Assembly (NCBI GenBank): GCA_964016885.1
Contig: OZ024758.1
Location: 34,472,001-34,536,000, forward strand
Direction of reading: 5' to 3'
Source of the DNA: Eledone cirrhosa
Taxonomy: Eukaryota
DNA: 64,000 nt
Within the stretch, counting starts at the first letter, position 1; each line of letters begins with the position of its first letter. The position numbers and the translations under genes are program-made. This document shows positions 53,801 to 64,000 of this stretch, in pieces. The notes beneath the pieces were generated by a model. That model was given only the letters and a program-made list of their open reading frames with translations, had not been told where the DNA came from and did no database searches.

Positions 53801-56800
53801 GCTGTCAGAAGTAACTCCAATGTTGGTGAGAATTCATTTAAGTTCATGGTATTAGCTGTCAGAAGTCACTCCACTGTTGGTGAGAATTCATTTAAGTTCA
53901 TGGTACTAGCTGTCAGAAGTAACCCCAATGTTGGTGAGAATTCATTTAAGTTCATGGTATTAGCTGTCAGAAGTCACTCCAATGTTGGTGAGAATTCATT
54001 TAAGTTCATGGTATTAGCTGTCAGAAGTAACTCCACTGTTGGTGAGAATTCATTTAAGTTCATGGTATTAGCTGTCAGAAGTAACTCGACTGTTGGTGAG
54101 AATTCATTTAAGTTCATTGTATTAGCTGTCAGAAGTAACTCCACTGTTGGTGAGAATTCATTTAAGTTCATGGTATTAGCTGTCAGAAGGAACTCCAATG
54201 TTGGTGAGAATTCATTTAAGTCATGGTACTAGCTGTCAGAAGTAACTCCACTGTTGGTGAGAATTCATTTAAGTTCATGGTATTAGCTGACAGAAGGAAC
54301 GCCACTGTTGGTGAGAATTCATTTAAGTTCATGGTATTAGCTGTCAGAAGTAACTCCACTGTTGGTGAGAATTCATTTAAGTTCATGGTACTAGCTGTCA
54401 GAAGTAACTCCAATGTTGGTGAGAATTCATTTAAGTTCATGGTATTAGCTGTCAGATGGAACTCCACTGTTGCTGAGAATTCATTTAAGTACATGGTATT
54501 AGCTGTCAGAAGTAACTCCACTGTTGGTGAGAATTCATTTAAGTTCATGGTACTAGCTGTCAGAAGTAACTCCACTGTTGGTGAGAATTCATTTAAGTTC
54601 ATGGTATTAGCTGTCAGAAGTCACTCCAATGTTGGTGAGAATTCATTTAAGTTCATGGTATTAGCTGTCAGAAGTCACTCCACTGTTGGTGAGAATTCAT
54701 TTAAGTTCATGGTACTAGCTGTCCGAAGTAACCCCAATGTTGGTGAGAATTCATTTAAGTTCATGGTATTAGCTGTCAGAAGTCACTCCAATGTTGGTGA
54801 GAATTCATTTAAGTTCATGGTATTAGCTGTCAGAAGTAACTCCACTGTTGGTGAGAATTCATTTAAGTTCATGGTATTAGCTGTCAGAAGTAACTCCACT
54901 GTTGGTGAGAATTCATTTAAGTTCATGGTATTAGCTGTCAGAAGTAACTCCACTGTTGGTGAGAATTCATTTAAGTTCATGGTACTAGCTGTCAGAAGTA
55001 ACTCCAATGTTGGTGAGAATTCATTTAAGTTCATGGTATTAGCTGTCAGAAGGAACTCCACTGTTGGTGAGAATTCATTTAAGTTCATGGTATTAGCTGT
55101 CAGAAGTAACTCCACTGTTGGTGAGAATTCATTTAAGTTCATGGTATTAGCTGTCAGAAGTCACTCCAATGTTGGTGAGAATTCATTTAAGTTCATGGTA
55201 TTAGCTGTCAGAAGTCACTCCACTGTTGGTGAGAATTCATTTAAGTTCATGGTACTAGCTGTCCGAAGTAACCCCAATGTTGGTGAGAATTCATTTAAGT
55301 TCATGGTATTAGCTGTCAGAAGTCACTCCAATGTTGGTGAGAATTCATTTAAGTTCATGGTATTAGCTGTCAGAAGTAACTCCACTGTTGGTGAGAATTC
55401 ATTTAAGTTCATGGTATTAGCTGTCAGAAGTAACTCCACTGTTGGTGAGAATTCATTTAAGTTCATGGTATTAGCTGTCAGAAGGAACTCCACTGTTGGT
55501 GAGAATTCATTTAAGTTCATGGTACTAGCTGTCAGAAGTAACTCCACTGTTGGTGAGAATTCATTTAAGTTCATGGTATTAGTTTGTCAGAAGTAACTCC
55601 ACTGTTGGTGAGAATTCATTTAAGTCATGGTATTAGTTGTCAGAAGTAACTCCAATGTTGGTGAGAATTCATTTAAGCCATGGTACTAGCTGTCAGAAGT
55701 AACTCCAATGTTGGTGAGAATTCATTTAAGTTCATGGTATTAGCTGTCAGAACGAACTCCACTGTTGGTGAGAATTCACTTAAGTTCATGGTATTAGCTG
55801 TCAGAAGTAACTCCACTGTTGGTGAGAATTCATTTAAGTTCATGGTATTAGCTGTCAGAAGGAACTCCACTGTTGGTGAGAATTCATTTAAGTTCATGGT
55901 ACTAGCTGTCAGAAGTAACTCCACTGTTGGTGAGAATTCATTTAAGTTCATGGTATTAGTTTGTCAGAAGTAACTCCACTGTTGGTGAGAATTCATTTAA
56001 GTCATGGTATTAGTTGTCAGAAGTAACTCCAATGTTGGTGAGAATTCATTTAAGCCATGGTACCAGCTGTCAGAAGTAACTCCAATGTTGGTGAGAATTC
56101 ATTTAAGTTCATGGTATTAGCTGTCAGAAGGAACTCCACTGTTGGTGAGAATTCATTTAAGTTCATGGTATTAGCTGTCAGAAGTAACTCCACTGTTGGT
56201 GAGAATTCATTTAAGTTCATGGTACTAGCTGTCAGAAGTAACTCCAATGTTGGTGAGAATTCATTTAAGTTCATGGTATTAGCTGTCAGAAGTAACTCCA
56301 CTGTTGGTGAGAGTTCATTTAAGTCATGGTATTAGCTGTCAGAAGTAACTCCAATGTTGGTGAGAATTCATTTAAGTTCATGGTATTAGCTGTCAGAAGT
56401 AACTCCACTGTTGGTGAGAATTCATTTAAGTTCATGGTATTAGCTGTCAGAAGTAACTCCACTGTTGGTGAGAATTCATTTAAGTTCATGGTACTAGCTG
56501 TCAGAAGTAACTCCACTGTTGGTGAGAATTCATTTAAGTTCATGGTATTAGTTTGTCAGAAGTAACTCCACTGTTGGTGAGAATTCATTTAAGTCATGGT
56601 ATTAGTTGTCAGAAGTAACTCCAATGTTGGTGAGAATTCATTTAAGTTCATGGTATTAGCTGTCAGAAGGAACTCCACTGTTGGTGAGAATTCATTTAAG
56701 TTCATGGTATTAGCTGTCAGAAGGAACTCCAATGTTGGTGAGAATTCATTTAAGTCATGGTACTAGCTGTCAGAAGTAACTCCACTGTTGGTGAGAATTC

Positions 56801-59700
56801 ATTTAAGTTTATGGTGTTAGCTGTCAGAAGGAACGCCACTGTTGGTGAGAATTCATTTAAGTTCATGGTATTAGCTGTCAGAAGTAACTCCACTGTTGGT
56901 GAGAATTCATTTAAGTTCATGGTACTAGCTGTCAGAAGTAACTCCAATGTTGGTGAGAATTCATTTAAGTTCATGGTATTAGCTGTCAGAAGGAACTCCA
57001 CTGTTGGTGAGAATTCATTTAAGTTCATGGTATTAGCTGTCAGAAGTAACTCCACTGTTGGTGAGAATTCATTTAAGTTCATGGTATTAGCTGTCAGAAG
57101 TCACTCCAATGTTGGTGAGAATTCATTTAAGTTCATGGTATTAGCTGTCAGAAGTCACTCCACTGTTGGTGAGAATTCATTTAAGTTCATGGTACTAGCT
57201 GTCCGAAGTAACCCCAATGTTGGTGAGAATTCATTTAAGTTCATGGTATTAGCTGTCAGAAGTAACTCCACTGTTGGTGAGAATTCATTTAAGTTCATGG
57301 TATTAGCTGTCAGAAGGAACTCCACTGTTGGTGAGAATTCATTTAAGTTATGGTATTAGTTGTCAGAAGTAACTCCAATGTTGGTGAGAATTCATTTAAG
57401 CCATGGTACTAGCTGTCAGAAGTAACTCCAATGTTGGTGAGAATTCATTTAAGTTCATGGTATTAGCTGTCAGAACGAACTCCACTGTTGGTGAGAATTC
57501 ATTTAAGTTCATGGTATTAGCTGTCAGAAGTAACTCCACTGTTGGTGAGAATTCATTTAAGTTCAGGGTACTAGCTGTCAGAAGTAACTCCAATGTTGGT
57601 GAGAATTCATTTAAGTTCATGGTATTAGCTGTCAGAAGGAACTCCACTGTTGGTGAGTATTCATTTAAGTTCATGGTATTAGCTGTCAGAAGTAACTCCA
57701 CTGTTGGTGAGAATTCATTTAAGTCATGGTACTAGCTGTCAGAAGTAACTCCAATGTTGGTGAGAATTCATTTAAGTCATGGTACTAGCTGTCAGAAGTA
57801 ACTCCAATGTTGGTGAGAATTCATTTAAGTTCATGGTATTAGCTGTCAGAAGGAACTCCACTGTTGGTGAGAATTCATTTAAGTTCATGGTATTAGCTGT
57901 CAGAAGTAACTCCACTGTTGGTGAGAATTCATTTAAGTTCATAGTATTAGCTGTCAGAAGTAACTCCACTGTTGGTGAGAATTCATTTAAGTTCATGGTA
58001 TTAGCTGTCAGAAGTAACTCCACTGTTGGTGAGAATTCATTTAAGTTCATGGTACTAGCTGTAAGAAGTAACTCCACTGTTGGTGAGAGTTCATTTAAGT
58101 CATGGTATTAGCTGTCAGAAGTAACTCCAATGTTGGTGAGAATTCATTTAAGTTCATGGTATTAGCTGTCAGAAGTAACTCCACTGTTGGTGAGAATTCA
58201 TTTAAGTTCATGGTATTAGCTGTCAGAAGTAACTCCACTGTTGGTGAGAATTCATTTAAGTTCATGGTACTAGCTGTCAGAAGTAACTCCACTGTTGGTG
58301 AGAATTCATTTAAGTTCATGGTATTAGTTTGTCAGAAGTAACTCCACTGTTGGTGAGAATTCATTTAAGTCATGGTATTAGTTGTCAGAAGTAACTCCAA
58401 TGTTGGTGAGAATTCATTTAAGTTCATGGTATTAGCTGTCAGAAGGAACTCCACTGTTGGTGAGAATTCATTTAAGTTCATGGTATTAGCTGTCAGAAGG
58501 AACTCCAATGTTGGTGAGAATTCATTTAAGTCATGGTACTAGCTGTCAGAAGTAACTCCACTGTTGGTGAGAATTCATTTAAGTTCATGGTATTAGCTGT
58601 CAGAAGGAACGCCACTGTTGGTGAGAATTCATTTAAGTTCATGGTATTAGCTGTCAGAAGTAACTCCACTGTTGGTGAGAATTCATTTAAGTTCATGGTA
58701 CTAGCTGTCAGAAGTAACTCCAATGTTGGTGAGAATTCATTTAAGTTCATGGTATTAGCTGTCAGAAGGAACTCCACTGTTGGTGAGAATTCATTTAAGT
58801 TCATGGTATTAGCTGTCAGAAGTAACTCCACTGTTGGTGAGAATTCATTTAAGTTCATGGTATTAGCTGTCAGAAGTCACTCCAATGTTGGTGAGAATTC
58901 ATTTAAGTTCATGGTATTAGCTGTCAGAAGTCACTCCACTGTTGGTGAGAATTCATTTAAGTTCATGGTACTAGCTGTCCGAAGTAACCCCAATGTTGGT
59001 GAGAATTCATTTAAGTTCATGGTATTAGCTGTCAGAAGTCACTCCAATGTTGGTGAGAATTCATTTAAGTTCATGGTATTAGCTGTCAGAAGTAACTCCA
59101 CTGTTGGTGAGAATTCATTTAAGTTCATGGTATTAGCTGTCAGAAGTAACTCCACTGTTGGTGAGAATTCATTTAAGTTCATGGTATTAGCTGTCAGAAG
59201 GAACTCCACTGTTGGTGAGAATTCATTTAAGTTCATGGTACTAGCTGTCAGAAGTAACTCCACTGTTGGTGAGAATTCATTTAAGTTCATGGTATTAGTT
59301 TGTCAGAAGTAACTCCACTGTTGGTGAGAATTCATTTAAGTCATGGTATTAGTTGTCAGAAGTAACTCCAATGTTGGTGAGAATTCATTTAAGCCATGGT
59401 ACTAGCTGTCAGAAGTAACTCCAATGTTGGTGAGAATTCATTTAAGTTCATGGTATTAGCTGTCAGAACGAACTCCACTGTTGGTGAGAATTCACTTAAG
59501 TTCATGGTATTAGCTGTCAGAAGTAACTCCACTGTTGGTGAGAATTCATTTAAGTTCAGGGTACTAGCTGTCAGAAGTAACTCCAATGTTGGTGAGAATT
59601 CATTTAAGTTCATGGTATTAGCTGTCAGAAGGAACTCCACTGTTGGTGAGAATTCATTTAAGTTCATGGTATTAGCTGTCAGAAGTAACTCCACTGTTGG
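47900..59700. repeat. Nested duplications with offsets 7918/7972, 3662, 2477, 1776 and 1185 bp
   Basis: GTACCAGC occurs at 48142 and 56060 (offset 7918). GGTCAGAATTC occurs at 50002, 51187 and 53664 (offsets 1185 and 3662). ORF pairs are 49431/53093, 51746/54223, 56326/58102 and 56757/58533. Confidence 0.85.
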
Positions 59701-62700
59701 TGAGAATTCATTTAAGTCATGTTATTAGCTGTCAGAAGTAACTCCATTGTTGGTGAGAATTCATTTAAGTCATGGTACTAGCTATCAGAAGTAACTCCAA
59801 TGTTGGTGAGAATTCATTTAAGTCATGGTACTAGCTGTCAGAAGTAACTCCAATGTTGGTGAGAATTCATTTAAGTTCATGGTATTAGCTGTCAGAAGGA
59901 ACTCCACTGTTGGTGAGAATTCATTTAAGTTCATGGTATTAGCTGTCAGAAGTAACTCCACTGTTGGTGAGAATTCATTTAAGTTCATGGTATTAGCTGT
60001 CAGAGGTAACTCCACTGTTGGTGAGAATTCATTTAAGTTCATGGTACTAGCTGTCAGAAGTAACTCCAATGTTGGTGAGTATTCATTTAAGTTCATGGTA
60101 TTAGCTGTCAGAAGTAACTCCACTGTTGGTGAGAATTCATTTACGTCATGGTATTAGCTGTCAGAAGTAACTCCAATGTTGGTGAGAATTCATTTAAGTT
60201 CATGGTATTAGCTGTCAGAATTAACTCCAATGTTGGTGAGAATTCATTTAAGTTCATGGTATTAGCTGTCACAAGGAACTCCACTGTTGCTGAGAATTCA
60301 TTTAAGTTCATGGTATTAGCTGTCAGAAGTAACTCCACTGTTGGTGAGAATTCATTTAAGTTCATGGTACTAGCTGTCAGAAGTAACTCCACTGTTGGTG
60401 AGAATTCATTTAAGTTCATGGTATTAGCTGTCAGAAGTCACTCCAATGTTGGTGAGAATTCATTTAAGTTCATGGTATTAGCTGTCAGAAGTCACTCCAC
60501 TGTTGGTGAGAATTCATTTAAGTTCATGGTACTAGCTGTCAGAAGTAACCCCAATGTTGGTGAGAATTCATTTAAGTTCATGGTATTAGCTGTCAGAAGT
60601 CACTCCAATGTTGGTGAGAATTCATTTAAGTTCATGGTATTAGCTGTCAGAAGTAACTCCACTGTTGGTGAGAATTCATTTAAGTTCATGGTATTAGCTG
60701 TCAGAAGTAACTCCACTGTTGGTGAGAATTCATTTAAGTTCATGGTATTAGCTGTCAGAAGGAACTCCACTGTTGGTGAGAATTCATTTAAGTTCATGGT
60801 ACTAGCTGTCAGAAGTAACTCCACTGTTGGTGAGAATTCATTTAAGTTCATGGTATTAGCTGTCAGAAGGAACTCCACTGTTGGTGAGAATTCATTTAAG
60901 TTCATGGTACTAGCTGTCAGAAGTAACTCCACTGTTGGTGAGAATTCATTTAAGTCATGGTATTAGTTGTCAGAAGTAACTCCAATGTTGGTGAGAATTC
61001 ATTTAAGCCATGGTACTAGCTGTCAGAAGTAACTCCAATGTTGGTGAGAATTCATTTAAGTTCATGGTATTAGCTGTCAGAACGAACTCCACTGTTGGTG
61101 AGAATTCATTTAAGTGCATGGTATTAGCTGTCAGAAGTAACTCCACTGTTGGTGAGAATTCATTTAAGTTCATGGTACTAGCTGTCAGAAGTAACTCCAC
61201 TGTTGGTGAGAATTCATTTAAGTTCATGGTATTAGTTTGTCAGAAGTACCTCCACTGTTGGTGAGAATTCATTTAAGTCATGGTATTAGTTGTCAGAAGT
61301 AACTCCAATGTTGGTGAGAATTCATTTAAGTTCATGGTATTAGCTGTCAGAAGGAACTCCACTGTTGGTGAGAATTCATTTAAGTTCATGGTATTAGCTG
61401 TCAGAAGGAACTCCAATGTTGGTGAGAATTCATTTAAGTCATGGTACTAGCTGTCAGAAGTAACTCCACTGTTGGTGAGAATTCATTTAAGTTCATTATA
61501 TTAGCTGTCAGAAGGAACTCCACTGTTGGTGAGAATTCATTTAAGTTCATGGTACTAGCTGTCAGAAGTAACTCCACTGTTGGTGAGAATTCATTTAAGT
61601 TCATGGTATTAGTTTGTCAGAAGTAACTCTACTGTTGGTGAGAATTCATTTAAGTCATGGTATTAGTTGTCAGAAGTAACTCCAATGTTGGTGAGAATTC
61701 ATTTAAGCCATGGTACTAGCTGTCAGAAGTAACTCCAATGTTGGTGAAAATTCATTTAAGTTCATGGTATTAGCTGTCAGAACGAACTCCACTGTTGGTG
61801 AGAATTAATTTATGTTCATGGTATTAGCTGTCAGAAGTAACTCCACTGTTGGTGAGAATTCATTTAAGTTCATGGTACTAGCTGTCAGAAGTAACTCCAA
61901 TGTTGGTGAGAATTCATTTAAGTTCATGGTATTAGCTGTCAGAAGTAACTCCACTGTTGGTGAGAGTTCATTTAAGTCATGGTATTAGCTGTCAGAAGTA
62001 ACTCCAATGTTGGTGAGAATTCATTTAAGTTCATGGTATTAGCTATCAGAAGGAACGCCACTGTTGGTGAGAATTCATTTAAGTTCATGGTATTAGCTGT
62101 CAGAAGTAACTCCACTGTTGGTGAGAATTCATTTAAGTTCATGGTACTAGCTGTCAGAAGTAACTCCAATGTTGGTGAGAATTCATTTAAGTTCATGGTA
62201 TTAGCTGTCAGAAGGAACTCCACTGTTGGTGAGAATTCATTTAAGTTCATGGTATTAGCTGTCAGAAGTAACTCCACTGTTGGTGAGAATTCATTTAAGT
62301 CATGGTATTAGCTGTCAGAAGTAACTCCATTGTTGGTGAGAATTCAATTAAGTCATGGTACTAGCTGTCAGAAGTAACTCCAATGTTGGTGAGAATTCAT
62401 TTAAGTTCATGTTATTAGCTGTCAGAAGGAACTCCACTGTTGGTGAGAATTCATTTAAGTTCATGGTATTAGCTGTCAGAAGTAACTCCACTGTTGGTGA
62501 GAATTCATTTAAGTTCATGGTATTAGCTGTCAGAAGTAACTGCACCGTTGGTGAGAATTCATTTAAGTTCATGGTACTAGCTGTCAGAAGTAACTCCAAT
62601 GTTGGTGAGAATTCATTTAAGTTCATGGTATTAGCTGTCAGAAGTAACTCCACTGTTGGTGAGAATTCATTTAAGTTCATGGTATTAGCTGTCAGAAGTA

Positions 62701-64000
62701 ACTCCACTGTTGGTGAGAATTCATTTAAGTTCATGGTATTAGCTGTCAGAAGTAACTCCACTGTTGGTGAGAATTCATTTAAGTTCATGGTACTAGCTGT
62801 CAGAAGTAACTCCAATGTTGGTGAGAATTCATTTAAGTTCATGGTATTAGCTGTCAGAAGTAACTCCACTGTTGGTGAGAATTCATTTACGTCATGGTAT
62901 TAGCTGTCAGAAGTAACTCCACTGTTGGTGAGAATTCATTTAAGTTCATGGTATTAGCTGTCAGAAGTAACTCCACTGTTGGTGAGAATTCATTTAAGTT
63001 CATGGTACTAGCTGTCAGAAGTAACTCCAATGTTGGTGAGAATTCATTTAAGTTCATGGTATTAGCTGTCAGAAGTAACTCCACTGTTGGTGAGAATTCA
63101 TTTAAGTCATGGTATTAGCTGTCAGAAGTAACTCCACTGTTGGTGAGAATTCATTTAAGTCATGGTATTAGCTGTCAGAAGTAACTCCAATGTTGGTGAG
63201 AATTCATTTAAGTTCATGGTATTAGCTGTCAGAAGTCACTCCACTGTTGGTGAGAATTCATTTAAGTTCATGGTACTAGCTGTCAGAAGTAACCCCAATG
63301 TTGGTGAGAATTCATTTAAGTTCATGGTATTAGCTGTCAGAAGTCACTCCAATGTTGGTGAGAATTCATTTAAGTTCATGGTATTAGCTGTCAGAATTAA
63401 CTCCACTGTTGGTAAGAATTCATTTAAGTTCATGGTATTAGCTGTCAGAAGTAACTCCACTGTTGGTGAGAATTCATTTAAGTTCATGGTATTAGCTGTC
63501 AGAAGGAACGCCACTGTTGGTGAGAATTCATTTAAGTTCATGGTATTAGCTGTCAGAAGTAACTCCACTGTTGGTGAGAATTCATTTAAGTTCATGCTAC
63601 TAGCTGTCAGAAGTAACTCCTATGTTGGTGAGAATTCATTTAAGTTCATGGTATTAGCTGTCAGAAGGAACTCCACTGTTGCTGAGAATTCATTTAAGTT
63701 CATGGTATTAGCTGTCAGAAGTAACTCCACTGTTGGTGAGAATTTATTTAAGTTCATGGTGCTAGCTGTCAGAAGTAACTCCACTGTTGGTGAGAATTCA
63801 TTTAAGTTCATGGTATTAGCTGTCAGAAGTAACTCCACTGTTGGTGAGAATTCATTTAAGTTCATGGTATTAGCTGACAGAAGTCACTCCACTGTTGGTG
63901 AGGATTCATTTAAGTTCATGGTACTAGCTGTCAGAAGTAACTCCAATGTTGGTGAGAATTCATTTAAATTCATGGTATTAGCTGTCAGAAGTAACTCCAC
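59700..64000. repeat. More divergent right-flank monomers with many rare or singleton substitutions
   Basis: Rare variants are dense here: GCTATC 59781, CAGAGG 60001, ACAAGG 60271, GTACCT about 61246, ATTATA about 61495, TGAAAA about 61745, AGAATTAATTTATG 61801, TGCACCG 62541, GGTAAG 63411 and AGGATT 63901. Confidence 0.7.

Larger units (their letters stand above)
1..64000. repeat. 54-bp tandem satellite DNA array (EcoRI/AluI-cuttable), about 1,190 head-to-tail monomers, open at both window ends
   Basis: Every line is the unit ATGGTATTAGCTGTCAGAAGTAACTCCACTGTTGGTGAGAATTCATTTAAGTTC or a variant with a few changes. The first full unit is 8-61, with GAATTC at 46-51. All ORFs are 18-aa periodic. 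Length variants are 53 bp (AAGTCATG, AAGCCATG, AAGTTATG) and 55 bp (TTAGTTTGTC, TTAGCTTGTC, TTAGTGTGTC). Orientation is the same throughout. Confidence 0.99.

Noticed and set aside
8-63865. Hundreds of ORFs on both strands (MVLAVRSNSTVGENSFKF and MNLNEFSPTVELLLTANT repeats) as protein-coding genes
   Set aside because: They are artefacts of a stop-free 54-bp unit. ORF ends are set by amplified 1-bp indels and occasional stops (for example GGTTAG at about 36424). There are no unique termini, no recognisable domain and no gene context.
1-64000. CRISPR array (conserved part as repeat, variable part as spacer)
   Set aside because: The variable part differs by only 1-3 bases between units, so there are no unique spacers; there is also no leader and no cas gene.
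1-64000. Antigenic-variation cassette bank, DGR or other programmed diversification system
   Set aside because: There is no recombinase, reverse transcriptase or expression locus. Variants are inherited in long duplicated blocks, as expected from ordinary satellite turnover.
1-64000. Telomerase-type telomeric repeat or tandem RNA genes (5S, tRNA, spliced leader)
   Set aside because: There is no short G-rich telomere motif, and block-wise inherited variants argue against templated synthesis. The unit shows no recognisable RNA-gene structure or Pol III boxes.
1-64000. Synthetic concatemer or rolling-circle sequencing artefact (EcoRI site in each unit)
   Set aside because: Hierarchically shared variants, domain-specific markers and divergent flanks indicate an evolutionary history. 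Individual duplications still need read-level confirmation.

Overview
The whole 64-kb window is one uninterrupted, head-to-tail tandem (satellite) array of a 54-bp monomer. The consensus is ATGGTATTAGCTGTCAGAAGTAACTCCACTGTTGGTGAGAATTCATTTAAGTTC (20/54 GC, about 37%; one EcoRI GAATTC and one AluI AGCT per unit; no CpG). There are roughly 1,190 copies (64000/~53.9), and the array runs off both ends. I saw no unique sequence, inversion, transposon insertion, RNA gene or credible protein gene; every ORF in the track is a translation of the monomer. The informative signal is in the monomer variants: a small alphabet of substitutions and 53/55-bp indel forms builds fixed cassettes, a recurring 1671-bp (31-mer) higher-order unit, and nested kb-scale duplications (offsets such as 1722, 5011, 7819, 7332/7386, 3452, 3662 and 7918 bp). 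These sort into three marker-defined domains between more divergent flanks that share a rare variant. This is most consistent with eukaryotic heterochromatic satellite DNA, possibly (peri)centromeric or subtelomeric. I do not recognise the family or organism. I found no novel gene system; what is interesting is the array architecture.
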